A DNA stretch of 64,000 bases from NCBI GenBank assembly GCA_004764695.1, contig SMSO01000031.1, positions 5,686,761 to 5,750,760 on the forward strand, in the 5' to 3' direction. Under the pieces are notes generated by a model. The model did not search any database. It worked only from the letters and a program-made list of their open reading frames with translations, and was not told the DNA's origin. How positions within the stretch are numbered: the stretch's first letter is position 1; every line of letters begins with the position of its first letter. The DNA is from Schizochytrium sp. TIO01 (Eukaryota; Protista; Bigyra: Labyrinthulomycetes). This document shows, piece by piece, positions 23,534 through 35,276 of the stretch. The translations under genes and the position numbers were made by a program.

Positions 23534-26050
23534 TATTAGTACATTTCACCGGTGCCTTCCGCGGCTTTTTTGGTTTACAAGGATGCATCTGCCAAGGCAT
23601 ACGTGTGTCAGAGCCTAAACATTCTTAAAGGCTCCAACTGTTCTTGGCAGGCCAGACTTTAAACTCTTGTTAAGCTATGTGAAGGCAAGACGAACAACTC
23701 AAGTACTACTACTACTCCTCCTGACGATGATGTTGATGATATAGCTCTGCGACTGTGCTGACCATGATACTTTTGATTGATGAACGAGAGCTGTGCGAAC
23801 AGCCCGCATTTGTTGCTTGCCTAGATTTCTTCTTCCCCCTTTTCTCTCTTTACATCACTTGCCCGCCCTCAAGTGTGTCCCATTTCCTCACTACAAAACT
23901 TTCTTCCGCTCATCTTACCTGCCTCATCTGCTCGAGTGTATTTCCTCCTATGAAGGCGAGCAGAACGGTCCTTCTATAAGGATCATCCCTAGTCAAGCGC
24001 CCATTTATTATATTTTACTACGTATTTTTCCTCTTCTCTCAACAATATGTCGCGGTTCCCATTCTCTAATCTTGCCTCTTGCAGAGTGATATCCTTGTCG
24101 AGCATCGCGGGTATTGACTAGCTTGGGCAACTAAACAAACGATGGACAACCATAATTCTGGACAACTATCTAGAGGTGTGGGAAGCTCCAACAAGATTAA
24201 GTTATTTTCAAAGAGGAAGGTAGTCCTGCCAACTGACTTGCATTTGGTGAACCCTTTCGTATGTTCAAGGTTGGCCTGTGGCAGGAGATGATTTAAACTC
24301 TTTTTCTATTTCCTCTTTACATCACAACGAGAAGAATCGAAGAAGCATAATACTTATATAAGGTGACAGTAGTTTTATTCATGGCACATGAGAAGTTGGC
24401 TTTGGGATCTCTCACTCTTTCGCTCGTTCGCGCTGAGCAGCCAGCTTTCAATCGCGCGCGCAGCCTGTAATCGCAGCTTCTAAGGACTGTCTGACAAGTA
24501 TTTTTTTTTTTTAAATTAATTTTCAACTTCGAAAAGTGCTTGATGATTTATAAAACTGATACTAATAAAAATTATCATTAATAAGAGAACCGGGCCGTGG
24601 CTGGTTCCAAGAGGCCTCTAAATCCCCGACAAATGTGAAAAAGATGCCGATGGATGAACTTAGAAAGCAACAAGTTATCTTCAATTGATTACAACTTTTC
24701 AAAGCCTTCAACATTCCTGGTTATTCATTATACTCCTGCATCATGGTAAAGGCTCTAAAGCAGGCAGATTGCAATTATGTGATGTAATCCCAATTCGCAC
24801 GGGACATTACGCACTCTGTAGCAATACTCGTCAAATCAACGGCGGTGGCAGAACGCACATGTTCGATTCCGATCGAGGACATTTATAGGATTTCTCACTA
24901 CCATGAGTATATATCAGTAAAGATTGATGCTCTGATGTTCTGATGTAGTACCTACTATTGCTTTAAACCATCGTAGAAAATGAAATTTATATTTGAATGA
25001 TTCGCAGATTTTAATTTTAATTTTTAAAAACGAAGATCAAACAAAGCTTTCTTCTCGTTCTACATTCACGCGAGGGAACCCATCTGTATCTTGGGATAAT
25101 TTACCACCACTTTAGAGACAAATGAAAATAACAAAACAATTTATGAGGAGCGGCCCACTGAAGTGGTAGTAACGACTTTATTTGGGCGGATTTTGCTATT
25201 ACGAGGACACAGACAATATAACAAACCTATGCGACAGAGCCTTGCGCCAAATTGAGTGTGGTTATTAACAATGCAGCCCTCCATAGTCATCTTCAGAAAA
25301 CGTGAATTCTTTAAAAATTTCAAAAGATGGTGAATTTATTTTTATTTTATTGTTTGAATTTGGTTTCAAAATCACCCGCATGAACCCCGAAAATGGAAAG
25401 TAAATTTTTATTTGATTTTCCCTTTTTCTTTCCTTTTAAAACAAAAGAATCAGTATTCTAACTTTTAATCTATTATAATTTTTTCAAACATGACAAAAGT
25501 CTTTGCTTCGCTGTAATTCTTGGGCAGCGTAGCGCAAACCAACATTTTATTCTCCATCTTACATCACGCGTTTGTTTCTAATCCAATACAGAATTGCCTT
25601 CGCACAATCAACTTATACCAAAATAATGAGTAACTTGTGGGTTACTTACTATACAGCTCGATTGGGAATGCGCCTCATTTGAAAAGTAGAACGATGGTCC
25701 ACGAAATTGCCCGAGGAAAGGTTTTTAAATTTGTAATTTACTGGTAGACCTGTAATTTTCAAAAGGAAAAGAAAAGAGAAAAAGTAATGTTTGTTTTATC
25801 TTATCATAGAAGAAAAAATTAAGAATAAAATTATCAAGAACAAGGACGAAAAGCTGCGTCCTTCGCAATAATGGCTTGGTAGTACTTTACAGCAGCAACA
25901 ACTGCTTCTTCGAAGGCACTCATGCATTAGTGCGCCTCGACCTAATAACTGACAGTGACATAAATTTTCGCGATCTCTGCGCAGCTCGTCAGGTCTCCTT
26001 CCTTTGCGATACTGACGCAGATATCTAGGGAATTTCATAATCATTAAAGC

Positions 26051-28402
26051 TTATCGCGGAGCAGGAAAGCGACGCTTGCGCATCGCAGTAACAATTTTTT
26101 CGCGGGGGCCAAGCTTGGCAATACCAAGCTCGCGCAGAGTGTCGCGCAGCGAGGGCTCGTCCTCGGACATTTCCTCCAAAAGATCCAGATCTACCTGCTC
26201 TGCACGGAAGGCGGGGAGATATTCAGATAAATGCAACTCTTCGAGAAGCTGAGCTAGTGCATCTGGTTGCTCGCGCGAAGGCGCACCTGAACTGCCACCA
26301 GTAGCACTGCTCGATACAGATGCGGCACGTGACAAGCCAGACATCATTACATCTTGTTCTTCAAATGTATAGTTACACCGTAAAGACCAAGGAGTATTAG
26401 GACTCCAATCGATTAGACTCAGCTCAGCCACTGTGGTTGCCTTATAAGGCTCAACAAGAACTTCGCGTTTTAGCGGTGCCCCTGGCGTATGATCTTTAAG
26501 TGCAAGATTTGAAGACCCACTGAAGTCACTGCAGAATGTGACTTGTGTTGGTTTGCGCACTTCAAGCTTGTACCGAATACGCATGGGCTCACCAGGAATG
26601 CGCAGTGTTGTTAAGAATACGTTGGATGCAATCTCTTTACAGTCTGCTGAAGACTCATCTTTGTCAAACTCAGCTGGGTAATCATTCACAGGGGCCGGTG
26701 GAGCAGTCGGCAGCTTAACGTGGATAGGCGGCCTTATAATGTCCTCGCCATCGGGACCAATTCCACTTGAAGTGGAATTGTGACGCGGCTTGGATTTCCC
26801 AGGAGGTGGCATACTGCTAATGCCAACCGGATCAGCTTTAGCACTCTCCTCGCCAAGGCTGAGAGGTGCCAGATTCGGACGCCGACCTGCAAGAGATTCT
26901 GCATTAGATTTTCGATGGCCCGATGTAGTAGTAGGAGGCGAGGAAATGGGGGGCGCGGGGGGGAGCGCTTGAGGCGCTGAAGGTGCTGCAGGAGCAGGTG
27001 TTTTGGGGGCGCTTGGCTCTGGCGCTGGTGAAGGAGATGTTGCTGGAGAAGAAACGTGCTCTGGGAGTGTTGGCGCATGCCGATTCGGGATATGCGCTGC
27101 TGGTGCGCCTGATGCTGCACCTGATCTTGCAGCATTTGAACTACTGCTACTTGTGGCGTGTGTCTCACGAGACGATGATGCAACTGAGAAGGATCTTGGA
27201 GAACTTGTTGCTGTAAGACTTGGAGCCTCGCGCGACGGCGGCATTACACTAGAAGAAACACGAGGGTCCATGGTGACTGAGCCAGGTGCTCGAGGTGCCT
27301 CATCTTCATCAAGTATACCTTGGGAATTCCGTTCCACATGAACGACATTTATCTTGGCATTGTTGTCCTCCTCGGCAATGTCGAGAGACGACACCTGCTC
27401 AGTGATGGCATCAACCGCAGCATTAGCTGAGGATGACGCATCCTCCGTGGCACCAGAACCTGGCGAAGACGAAAACGTTGGTGGTTTAGGTGATCTCTCC
27501 GTCCACGAGAACTTGCACTTTAGTGACCATGGCTTGCCCGGCTGGGTGACGAGCACTGTGCCAACATCCACGCGGTCCCAAGGTTGAACTACTGTGCGCA
27601 CGGATGTTTCTCCATCGCGAAGGGACATGTTTGTACTGAATGAGCAATCAAGGCGAAAGTCAATAACTGAATTTTTAGAGCAGGCCAGCTGGTACCTAAA
27701 GGCGTCAGCACCACCAGCGTCTGTGCGGGTGGTGATGAGCACAATACCAGGGCTGAGTTCTCGGCGCTCCGGCTTCCCTAATACAGGACGGTCAGCCATT
27801 TCCTCAGACCATTGAAACTTGCATTTTAATTTCCACTGCAACATGGGATTTATCACCTGAAGGTACCCTACCTGGGCAGTGGACTCTGGCTCGACCACTG
27901 TGCGAAGCTTTAAACCACCCGTGGCTAGGTCCAAATTCTCACTTCCTGTGAAGTCCATCGTAAATACCACACGTTTCCGAACAGCAGAGCGCAGTGTGTA
28001 CTCAATTGCCGTCATGGACCTTCCCTTAGTCCACATGTCCGTGGTCTCGAGCACAATGCCGCTAGCCACCTCCTTGGCGGTGGTTTCCTTCTCTGTCCAT
28101 GTATATCTGCACTGCAAGGACCAAGGTTTAAGCTTGTCTACTACCGAGACCCTGCCTACGAGCGCTCGGTCCGTGTCGGCAGCTACACTGGTTTTTCGCA
28201 TAAGCCCGCTTCCATCGTGCAAGCGCAGATTTTCTGAGCCCGTGATGTCTACGAGAAAGACTACGTCGCGCCCAGAGCCTACACAGACATCATACTGAAA
28301 GCCCACGATTTTGTTGGAGGCCTCGGAGACCACGTCGCTCGTCACTAGTCGAACCAGCGGCGAGAGTTGCTCATCCTTTACTTCTACGGCACGCGTGGAC
28401 AT
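26051..28402 (-). CDS. Protein with four ~95-aa beta-rich repeat domains, a Pro/Ser-rich linker and a C-terminal SAM domain, 783 aa
   Basis: Repeat consensus ELxxGIVLxT...Y.L......V.F..DFSGSxNL.L....L...VEP.....VG.L.......WSLKCKFxWxE occurs three times at aa ~8-303 and once at ~aa 588-682. The C-terminus LAQLLEELHLSEYLPAFRAEQVDLDLL...LRELGIAKLGPREKI is a SAM-domain pattern. Confidence 0.8.
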   Translation of the reverse strand: MSTRAVEVKDEQLSPLVRLVTSDVVSEASNKIVGFQYDVCVGSGRDVVFLVDITGSENLRLHDGSGLMRKTSVAADTDRALVGRVSVVDKLKPWSLQCRYTWTEKETTAKEVASGIVLETTDMWTKGRSMTAIEYTLRSAVRKRVVFTMDFTGSENLDLATGGLKLRTVVEPESTAQVGYLQVINPMLQWKLKCKFQWSEEMADRPVLGKPERRELSPGIVLITTRTDAGGADAFRYQLACSKNSVIDFRLDCSFSTNMSLRDGETSVRTVVQPWDRVDVGTVLVTQPGKPWSLKCKFSWTERSPKPPTFSSSPGSGATEDASSSANAAVDAITEQVSSLDIAEEDNNAKINVVHVERNSQGILDEDEAPRAPGSVTMDPRVSSSVMPPSREAPSLTATSSPRSFSVASSSRETHATSSSSSNAARSGAASGAPAAHIPNRHAPTLPEHVSSPATSPSPAPEPSAPKTPAPAAPSAPQALPPAPPISSPPTTTSGHRKSNAESLAGRRPNLAPLSLGEESAKADPVGISSMPPPGKSKPRHNSTSSGIGPDGEDIIRPPIHVKLPTAPPAPVNDYPAEFDKDESSADCKEIASNVFLTTLRIPGEPMRIRYKLEVRKPTQVTFCSDFSGSSNLALKDHTPGAPLKREVLVEPYKATTVAELSLIDWSPNTPWSLRCNYTFEEQDVMMSGLSRAASVSSSATGGSSGAPSREQPDALAQLLEELHLSEYLPAFRAEQVDLDLLEEMSEDEPSLRDTLRELGIAKLGPREKIVTAMRKRRFPAPR

Positions 28403-31400
28403 TTTTTAAAATCGCTCAAGCCCTTTCACGTCAGCCCAATGCGCTCCGTGAGCTGCTCGCGTCTTTGCTTAGCTCGTTCGCTCGGCTCCTGCTAATCAGT
28501 AGCAATTCTTCTGCGCCTCAAGAAAGAAAGCCACGACCTCCACGCAGTTTCACCCCACCACGCTGAGATCGCTGCTTGTTAATATCGACTACTCTGCACC
28601 ACCGACACTCTTCAGCGCCTCGCGCGATCTTCTTAACGCGAGCGAAGGCGATAGTTTCTGGTCTTTTCAATCTTCATGATGATCGATCGTCCTTGCTCCC
28701 TTTGTCTCTTCTTCCATAGCTAAGTACCTAGCTAGCTAGCTACTTACTACTATGATTATTATCTTTTTGTTTCGACTTCCTCTTTATGCTACAGGAAGAA
28801 AGGAAGAAGCTGACTGCTAGTGAGAGGTAGTAGGTGCCTAGGTAGGTAGGCCTCGGTCAACAGCTTATCATAATTCCTATTTTTCATCATAAAAACATTG
28901 AAACTTTTTGCCAAAAACCTTGAGAATGGAAAAGGGCCCAGGTCTCTTCCACCTGATTGCTTCAACTCTCGCTTGCCTGCATGCCTGCTTACTTGCTTGC
29001 CTGCTTGCCTGCTCGCTTGAAGATATTTCATCGAAATTCTTGTTTTGCCTCGTGGCTACTGAGGCATCTCTCACGGTTTCAGTCAGCGTCTGACAGGTCC
29101 TCAACGCCGGTCCGCTGCGAGTGAACCAGGCAGCAGACGTTTTATTTGTCGACGAGCAGCAACTCAAGGAGGAGCGTTGAGGATGGCCAACGCGGGCTCG
29201 ATCTGGAGGTGGCGGCAGAGAAGGAGAAGAAAGGTTTGGAATTATGGATTCGGGCTGACATTCATTTACATATGGACAGGCTAGAATTGAAGGAATTAAT
29301 GTGTCCCGCACTCTCATACGGATTCACTTAAGAGTTAAAGGCTCTAAGGTCTGACAGGATTGATTGGGTTGGAGCTTGGAGCTTGCCACTCGTGCACGAT
29401 GGTGGGGACCAACCAGCCTTTTGCAGGATCTCATGCTGAGGGGCTACCTAGGCACCTTGCCTTCCAACTACGAAATGCCGTCTCGGTGCCGGTGACAGCC
29501 AATCGGATACCTACAGCTTTGCTTGCAACTGCCGGGCTGTCTGTGTCAGCGTTGGTCTCCGAGACGCTTAATTCGTCGTCGATCGCGACGGTTGCTAAAA
29601 TCTAGGTCGAGCTGGCGTACATGTCTCCCTTGTGGATCCCTTGACAGTCGAATTGATCAACCCCACATTGGCACTGGTCGTTCTAATGCCACGAGGTGGT
29701 CTCAAAGGCCTCCTCAACGCCGTGGCAGCCATAATGAGCTGCTGCTGTAGCTCTCCCTCCGTAGCCATTGCACATCCGCCATCAGCAAGCAAGCAAGTTA
29801 ACGGAGGGAAGGAAGCATTGCTTTCGCGGATTCGACGACAGCTGGGACGCTCGTATGGTGAAAAACGAAGTGGCGCACCCCCACAAAGCAATCGAGAAGT
29901 TATTGAGTAAGTACCACGCAACGCCAACGCACGAGTTCGAAAAGCGAGCTCGCCATGGACAGCGAGCCCGGCTGGCACAGAACCAAAAGATAAACGCCAA
30001 GACGAAGGTCGAAACTACGCATAGTCTGGCGTGCGGTGCGGCAGAGGCGTCGAGCTAAATGATCCGTTTCGTGGGCTTCTCCCTCTTTCTTTCCAGTCTC
30101 CATTGAAGCAGCTACCTACCTACCTACCTAGCCCACCTAGGAGTAGGCCTAAGATGGGTTCATATATATTCTACCATATGATCTTTTTCTATTCCTCTTT
30201 TGCTCTCTTTTCCTTCCAAAGGTAGTTTTCTAAGAAACAATAGATTTGCAAGTCACGAGACTGTTGCAAATGGCCTCGAAGAAAGACCAAGATCCTGGAA
30301 GGCTCGGCAGCTTCGAGAGGGTTTCAAAGACAGGCACCGCCTCGAGTTGACCTGGACTGCATGTGAACCCGTGCCGGCGATGAAGCTAAGAGGGAGCGAA
30401 TGAATGTTGGCTCTGAGCCAGCTCGCTCCAAGTTCTGTCGGGCCCATCTCCAGAAAAGAGAAGAAATATGATGAAAAACGGAGGAACCTGGAAAAGACAG
30501 GAAATCTCAATTACAAACTGATCATTGCAATGCGATTCCGACGGCCAGCCGCCTCGACACTGGATGTGGCGAGCCGCCTGGAGCCCGCGGAGACCACCTC
30601 TAGCTCCTGCATGGAATGACACCCTCTGGTGCATCTACGAGACGGTCGCAGGCAAAGGGTGGGTGGGTGAATTTTGAATTTGATGCAGTTTCGGGTTGAA
30701 TTCGTCGAGCTTTTGGCGGTAGTCACACTGGTGCCTTCTGGACATGCGGGGCACATCGATGCTGCTCTTCACGAGTATGAAGGCCGCTTCCGAAGATAGT
30801 TTTTCGTGGGTACAACCAGAAATAGAAGAAGCGCAGACGAGGCGGAGTCTCATATTTCGGGGAGCTGAGAAATCCAGGTCTCCAAGAAGGCAAAGCTTCG
30901 CCATCTCGCGTCACTGGCGTCTTCCGGTGAATTGCACCTCGAAGGAAGGTGGTTTTCCGCGGAACTACATCGCGCCTTCGCCGCCCAGTCAACCTCGTCG
31001 CGCGTTTCCATTCGAGCGCTGCGCTTCCTCGGATCCGTCATCATCTTGCATTTTCAAATTAGCGCTCTGTGGCACTCTGACTCATCTTCAAATCAATCGC
31101 ATCACTGCAATCCACTTGCGCAGCCATTTCTGCGACTGTATTGTTACTGCAATAAGTGAAGTATATATCTATAACCTAGTTGACTGCCTGTCATAAAGTA
31201 GAGAATAGCGAACCGCAAGTGAAGTATGTTAACGTCATTTGGCGCGCAGTAGAGTCACTATAATGCACCCCATGTCCTATACTACACTTATATAGGTCCT
31301 ATACACTGGGGGTTACAAAATCGGCGAAGCGCAGCGATTTGAATTCGCTCGGCGTCGATTGAAATTTGCTGCGTGAGCGGGGAAAGGATCGAGCCGAATC

Positions 31401-31477
31401 GAGAGGATCCGCAGATCTTGAACTGCGCAGGCATCGCGACCTTGGACAGGAAGCGTGTCGGGCGGAGGCTAGGCGCA

Positions 31478-34144
31478 ATGTCCTCTCGTGGCAGCGCCAT
31501 CGGTGGCGGGGAAGACGGCCTCAGCACCACCGCAAAGACGGATGCTGGCAACAACGCCGAGAGATCCAGGCCAGCATCGGCCAGGCTCGCGGAGCAGTCG
31601 CTCCGCGGAGCGCTCTCAGATACACCGCAGCTTGTGAACACATCTGTGGACGAGCTTCGCCACATGATGGAGGACCTCTTTGAGGAGAAACTGAAAGCCT
31701 TTGCCCAGCAACAGCAACAGAGCTCGACTCTATCAAGCGCAGCAGCATCAAACTTAGGCTCTCCAGCGAACTCGCAGCCAGCTTTAAGGCAGCGCGACAG
31801 TACAATGACAAGCGGTACAATCACAGCACATGGGAGCTTCAGATCTAATAGCTTCGATGAGGATGATGACGATGACGATGGCCTAATGCACAGCCCAGCA
31901 TCGAGGCCGCAATCTGGGATTTTCGAGGAGTCTAGCCAGCGCGTTGCCTCAAGAGCCGTGTCAGGTCGCACAGGAATGAGTTCAAACGTATCACTATCTA
32001 GCGGTGACGATGGTGAACGGTCACCACGTATTCCAGGTTCGCCCTCGAATGCAAGGGGACTCAAATCGTATTTGTCATCCTCTACAGCAGAGCCATCCAA
32101 CGCGATTCAGTCAGTGCTGAGTACCGTGAGTGCCACCTCAGCGCCCATTCGCAATTCAGGCACAGGAGAAGCGTATACTGAGAGCCCGTACATTTACGAC
32201 TGTGATCCGCGCGGCTGGATCTTGGCGGCAGGTCGTCTCGAAAAAAAGCGCGACGGAAGCTGGAAGGCTGGCTGGGGCAAGCGTTTTTTTGTGCTCACGA
32301 CCTCAACCTTATACTACTATCTTGTTCCCAAACGTGGTGGAAAAGGGGAGACTACCGCCTTGCTCGGCGACGAGCGTGGGCAGATCCGGATAGCGGATAT
32401 CCGTGGTATCTACAGTGAGAGACACAGCGAGGGATGCTTGATTCATCTGGAGTGTGAAGAGGTAAAAAAAAATAGTATGACTCAATCTTCCAACCCAAAC
32501 ATTGTCCTTCGTGCTAAGTCTTTGGAACTTGCAGACAAGTGGGTTGAACTGATGCGCCGTGCCCAGGCTCTGCTCAAACAGTCTTCTGATCATCACAAAA
32601 TCGGCGGTGGCACTCTTCTCGAAGGTTATGTTCCGGCTTCTATGTTTTCCGTTTTTGACCGTGAAAGGGATCCTGCAATCGAAGCATCAGTTAATGATGC
32701 TGTCACCTCTGAACTTAGCCACGAACTTGCACAGATTCAGTATGTTATTCATGAACACGTTCTCCCCATTGTGGAATCATCAAAGAATATTGTCAGGGGC
32801 GATGGCCAACGAGCAAGCCGCATTGATCCGTATTTTGCTCTCGCATGTCTTGTTGGTATTAATATGATTTGCTACATGGGACCATCCATGGGCAACATTT
32901 CTGTAGCCATGCTTCTTAACCTTGCCTTTCTGTCTTTTGTAGTGTACTATGAAAAACTTGCGAATGAGCATGACGCATCGGTATTTCGTTATAACAAGGC
33001 TATCAAGATTCTCCAGGGCAAGTTTGACCGCGTATCCCACTTTCTTAAGAACCCACAGCTGGTTGAATCTAGTGCCGAGCCAGGCTCACTTCAGTCATCG
33101 CCTATGATTCGCCCAGGCTCTCGCAAGTCTATAGGAGCGAGCTCCTTTGCTAGCGACTTCAGTGCAGCACCCTCAACCACTGTACAGCAAGACTTCGCTG
33201 GCGACAAGGCTGATGTTACGATGCCAAGTGTCGAAACGCCAACTATTCCAGAGGCCTCAGCTTCCGCGGAAGGGGCCTCGCCTGTCATTCGTAGCCCTTC
33301 TCCTTATGAGAAAAATGGCAAGCCTGCCGCCGGTCGCACAATGGACCAGGTTGATGAAGACGAGCAACAACAATGTACATGGTCGCCTTGTGATGCATCT
33401 ATTTTCAATATCCGTCAAGTTGGCTACAAGGTTAATAAATTAAAGGGACCTTCTGAGAGTGCTCTCTATGATCTTATTGGTATGGACTTTCTCAAAGGTG
33501 ATACACGTCTCGACGACATTCATACCATGATCAACATGCCGCCTCCTCGTCCATGTGACAATCTCGAGATGATCAAAAACGCAGGCTTGCCACGCATTGT
33601 CACAGTTAATATCCAGGTTCCGCTTAAAGCTCCGTCGGTCTTTGGAGGGGAAGATCCTGGTGTATCAGTTGTTTTTTACTTCTCAATTCGACCTGAAGTT
33701 GCAAAAGCTGCTGCAGAAGGCGAGGAAAGGCCAGAAATTCAGCTCTGGAAACGGTTTTACACAGAATTTGAGTATAATGAAGATATTCGTCGCCGCTTCA
33801 AAGGAATTGGTTTAGCTGCCAATATTGCAGAGTTGCCTATCCCAAAGCGGCTTCACTCCTTGAATGGCAAGCCCATCATTCTTTTTAAGTCAGCTCAAGT
33901 GCAACATGCCCAGCATGTTGAGGGTGGTGGCCTAGAGATTACTGTTATGGTTCATAAGTTTGGTATGATCGCACGGACCTTATTCAATCAGTTCCGTGAG
34001 ACAGCAGAAAACATCAAAATTCGGGCTGCCTTTCTTGTTCAAGGAGAAGAGGATTATGAACTTCCAGAATGTATTTTGGGTTGTGGCAAGATTACTCGCC
34101 TCAATTTTGATGCTGCCAAACACATTGATCATCTTGGCGCGTAA
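31478..34144 (+). CDS. PH domain + two hydrophobic segments + EDR2 C-terminal (DUF1336-like) domain protein, ~888 aa from first ATG
   Basis: PH: AGRLEKKRDG..WKAGWGKRFFVLTTSTLYYY...RGQIRI...IVLRAKSLELADKWVELM (~32216-32570). Hydrophobic pair at ~32828-32950. EDR2_C pattern WSPCDASIFNIRQVGYKVNKLKGPS..ALYDLIGMD...LPRIVTVNIQVP...RRRFKGI...NGKPII...FLVQGEEDYELPECILGC. The GTG start at 31373 in the ORF track was replaced by the ATG at 31478. Confidence 0.8.
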   Translation: MSSRGSAIGGGEDGLSTTAKTDAGNNAERSRPASARLAEQSLRGALSDTPQLVNTSVDELRHMMEDLFEEKLKAFAQQQQQSSTLSSAAASNLGSPANSQPALRQRDSTMTSGTITAHGSFRSNSFDEDDDDDDGLMHSPASRPQSGIFEESSQRVASRAVSGRTGMSSNVSLSSGDDGERSPRIPGSPSNARGLKSYLSSSTAEPSNAIQSVLSTVSATSAPIRNSGTGEAYTESPYIYDCDPRGWILAAGRLEKKRDGSWKAGWGKRFFVLTTSTLYYYLVPKRGGKGETTALLGDERGQIRIADIRGIYSERHSEGCLIHLECEEVKKNSMTQSSNPNIVLRAKSLELADKWVELMRRAQALLKQSSDHHKIGGGTLLEGYVPASMFSVFDRERDPAIEASVNDAVTSELSHELAQIQYVIHEHVLPIVESSKNIVRGDGQRASRIDPYFALACLVGINMICYMGPSMGNISVAMLLNLAFLSFVVYYEKLANEHDASVFRYNKAIKILQGKFDRVSHFLKNPQLVESSAEPGSLQSSPMIRPGSRKSIGASSFASDFSAAPSTTVQQDFAGDKADVTMPSVETPTIPEASASAEGASPVIRSPSPYEKNGKPAAGRTMDQVDEDEQQQCTWSPCDASIFNIRQVGYKVNKLKGPSESALYDLIGMDFLKGDTRLDDIHTMINMPPPRPCDNLEMIKNAGLPRIVTVNIQVPLKAPSVFGGEDPGVSVVFYFSIRPEVAKAAAEGEERPEIQLWKRFYTEFEYNEDIRRRFKGIGLAANIAELPIPKRLHSLNGKPIILFKSAQVQHAQHVEGGGLEITVMVHKFGMIARTLFNQFRETAENIKIRAAFLVQGEEDYELPECILGCGKITRLNFDAAKHIDHLGA

Positions 34145-35276
34145 GGATCTGACTTAACATTACCTTATATAAAATCTAAGTGATAGGAACCTCATTCGCC
34201 AGTTTCTTCAGGAAAAGTTAAATTTGGCATTCATTCGCCCATTTTACCTGGGGTGGTAATGTCAACATCACTTCTTTTCTTTAAAAGGTGAAGATAGAAA
34301 TAGCAGTGATGCTGCCATGTAGATCACCCAATGAATTCTGGATTTACAAAATCAGTATGCCAGCTTCTGCCAGACAGGTGCTATTCAAATCCCCCTATAT
34401 CCAAGTGGAAAAATATCTCACTGGCGCAAAATTTTTAAAGCTAACAAAATAATAATACTAAACCTAATGGAAATACATAAGACGTATCTAGTAATACCTA
34501 GGCAGGATAAAATTTATCAACCGAATGTACTGAAACCTCTTTTGTGAAGGTTATGAGAAACAGCGCTTCCTCGGCGACTGCTCGAGTTCGCCCGGTTATT
34601 TTCATGGAACATGGTGCCTATTTGTAAGTCATCTTGAAAGCAACCAAGACTTTGTGGACTATCTTCGGGTTCGGGATTTCTTTGTCTAGTTTAGAGAGAG
34701 TAGTGAGAGATAAATAAAGATCGAAAAGTTATACATTTTGATGAGATCCAGGGCTTAGGAAGTGGATAAGCAGTATCTACTTAGGTGGTAATAAGTTAGT
34801 CGTTGTAACCACAACAAAGCTAGGTAATGAATTTTTAAGTTTATATGCAAGCGGCATTTTTAGTGCTACTACTACGAACAAAAAGAAATTAACTACATCT
34901 TCTAACTAACTACTCGGCAGGTGCTGCGCTAACAGGGAGTTTCTAAAGATATAGTACACCTCTCGCACCGGGTGCACTCGCCTAATATCCAAATTTATCT
35001 CAGAAGCATGTATGGCATAATATCCATTGTACCTGATTCACCTTCGTCCATGTCTTCTGTAGACTTGATCATTTTTTTATTTGCTTTTCGTTATTGTTCT
35101 GGTCATATTATCTTCTGACCATAACAGCATTACTCATAGCAAATAGCTATAGAAAACTATAGGGGATGTAGATTAACACCCTCAAAGTAGATCTTCGTGA
35201 TGCATGAAACAAAACCCGAACCCTGCTGAGGCTTTGCCGATTGAGACCAAGAAAACGACTAGCACAACTTCTCAAG

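Noticed and set aside
24800-24885. GTTCGATTCC, a tRNA T-loop/B-box-like motif
   Set aside because: The flanks do not form a T-stem, and no acceptor or anticodon arms are visible.
28789-31196. Cluster of 60-150-aa ORFs between the divergent SAM and PH-EDR2_C genes
   Set aside because: No domains, mostly non-ATG starts, and several merely translate GCTT/GCCT or CTAC repeats. More likely promoter, UTR or intron sequence.
31288-32100. 270-aa minus-strand ORF (likewise 21781..22551 and 35604..36122)
   Set aside because: Antisense to well-supported genes, with no independent coding signal.
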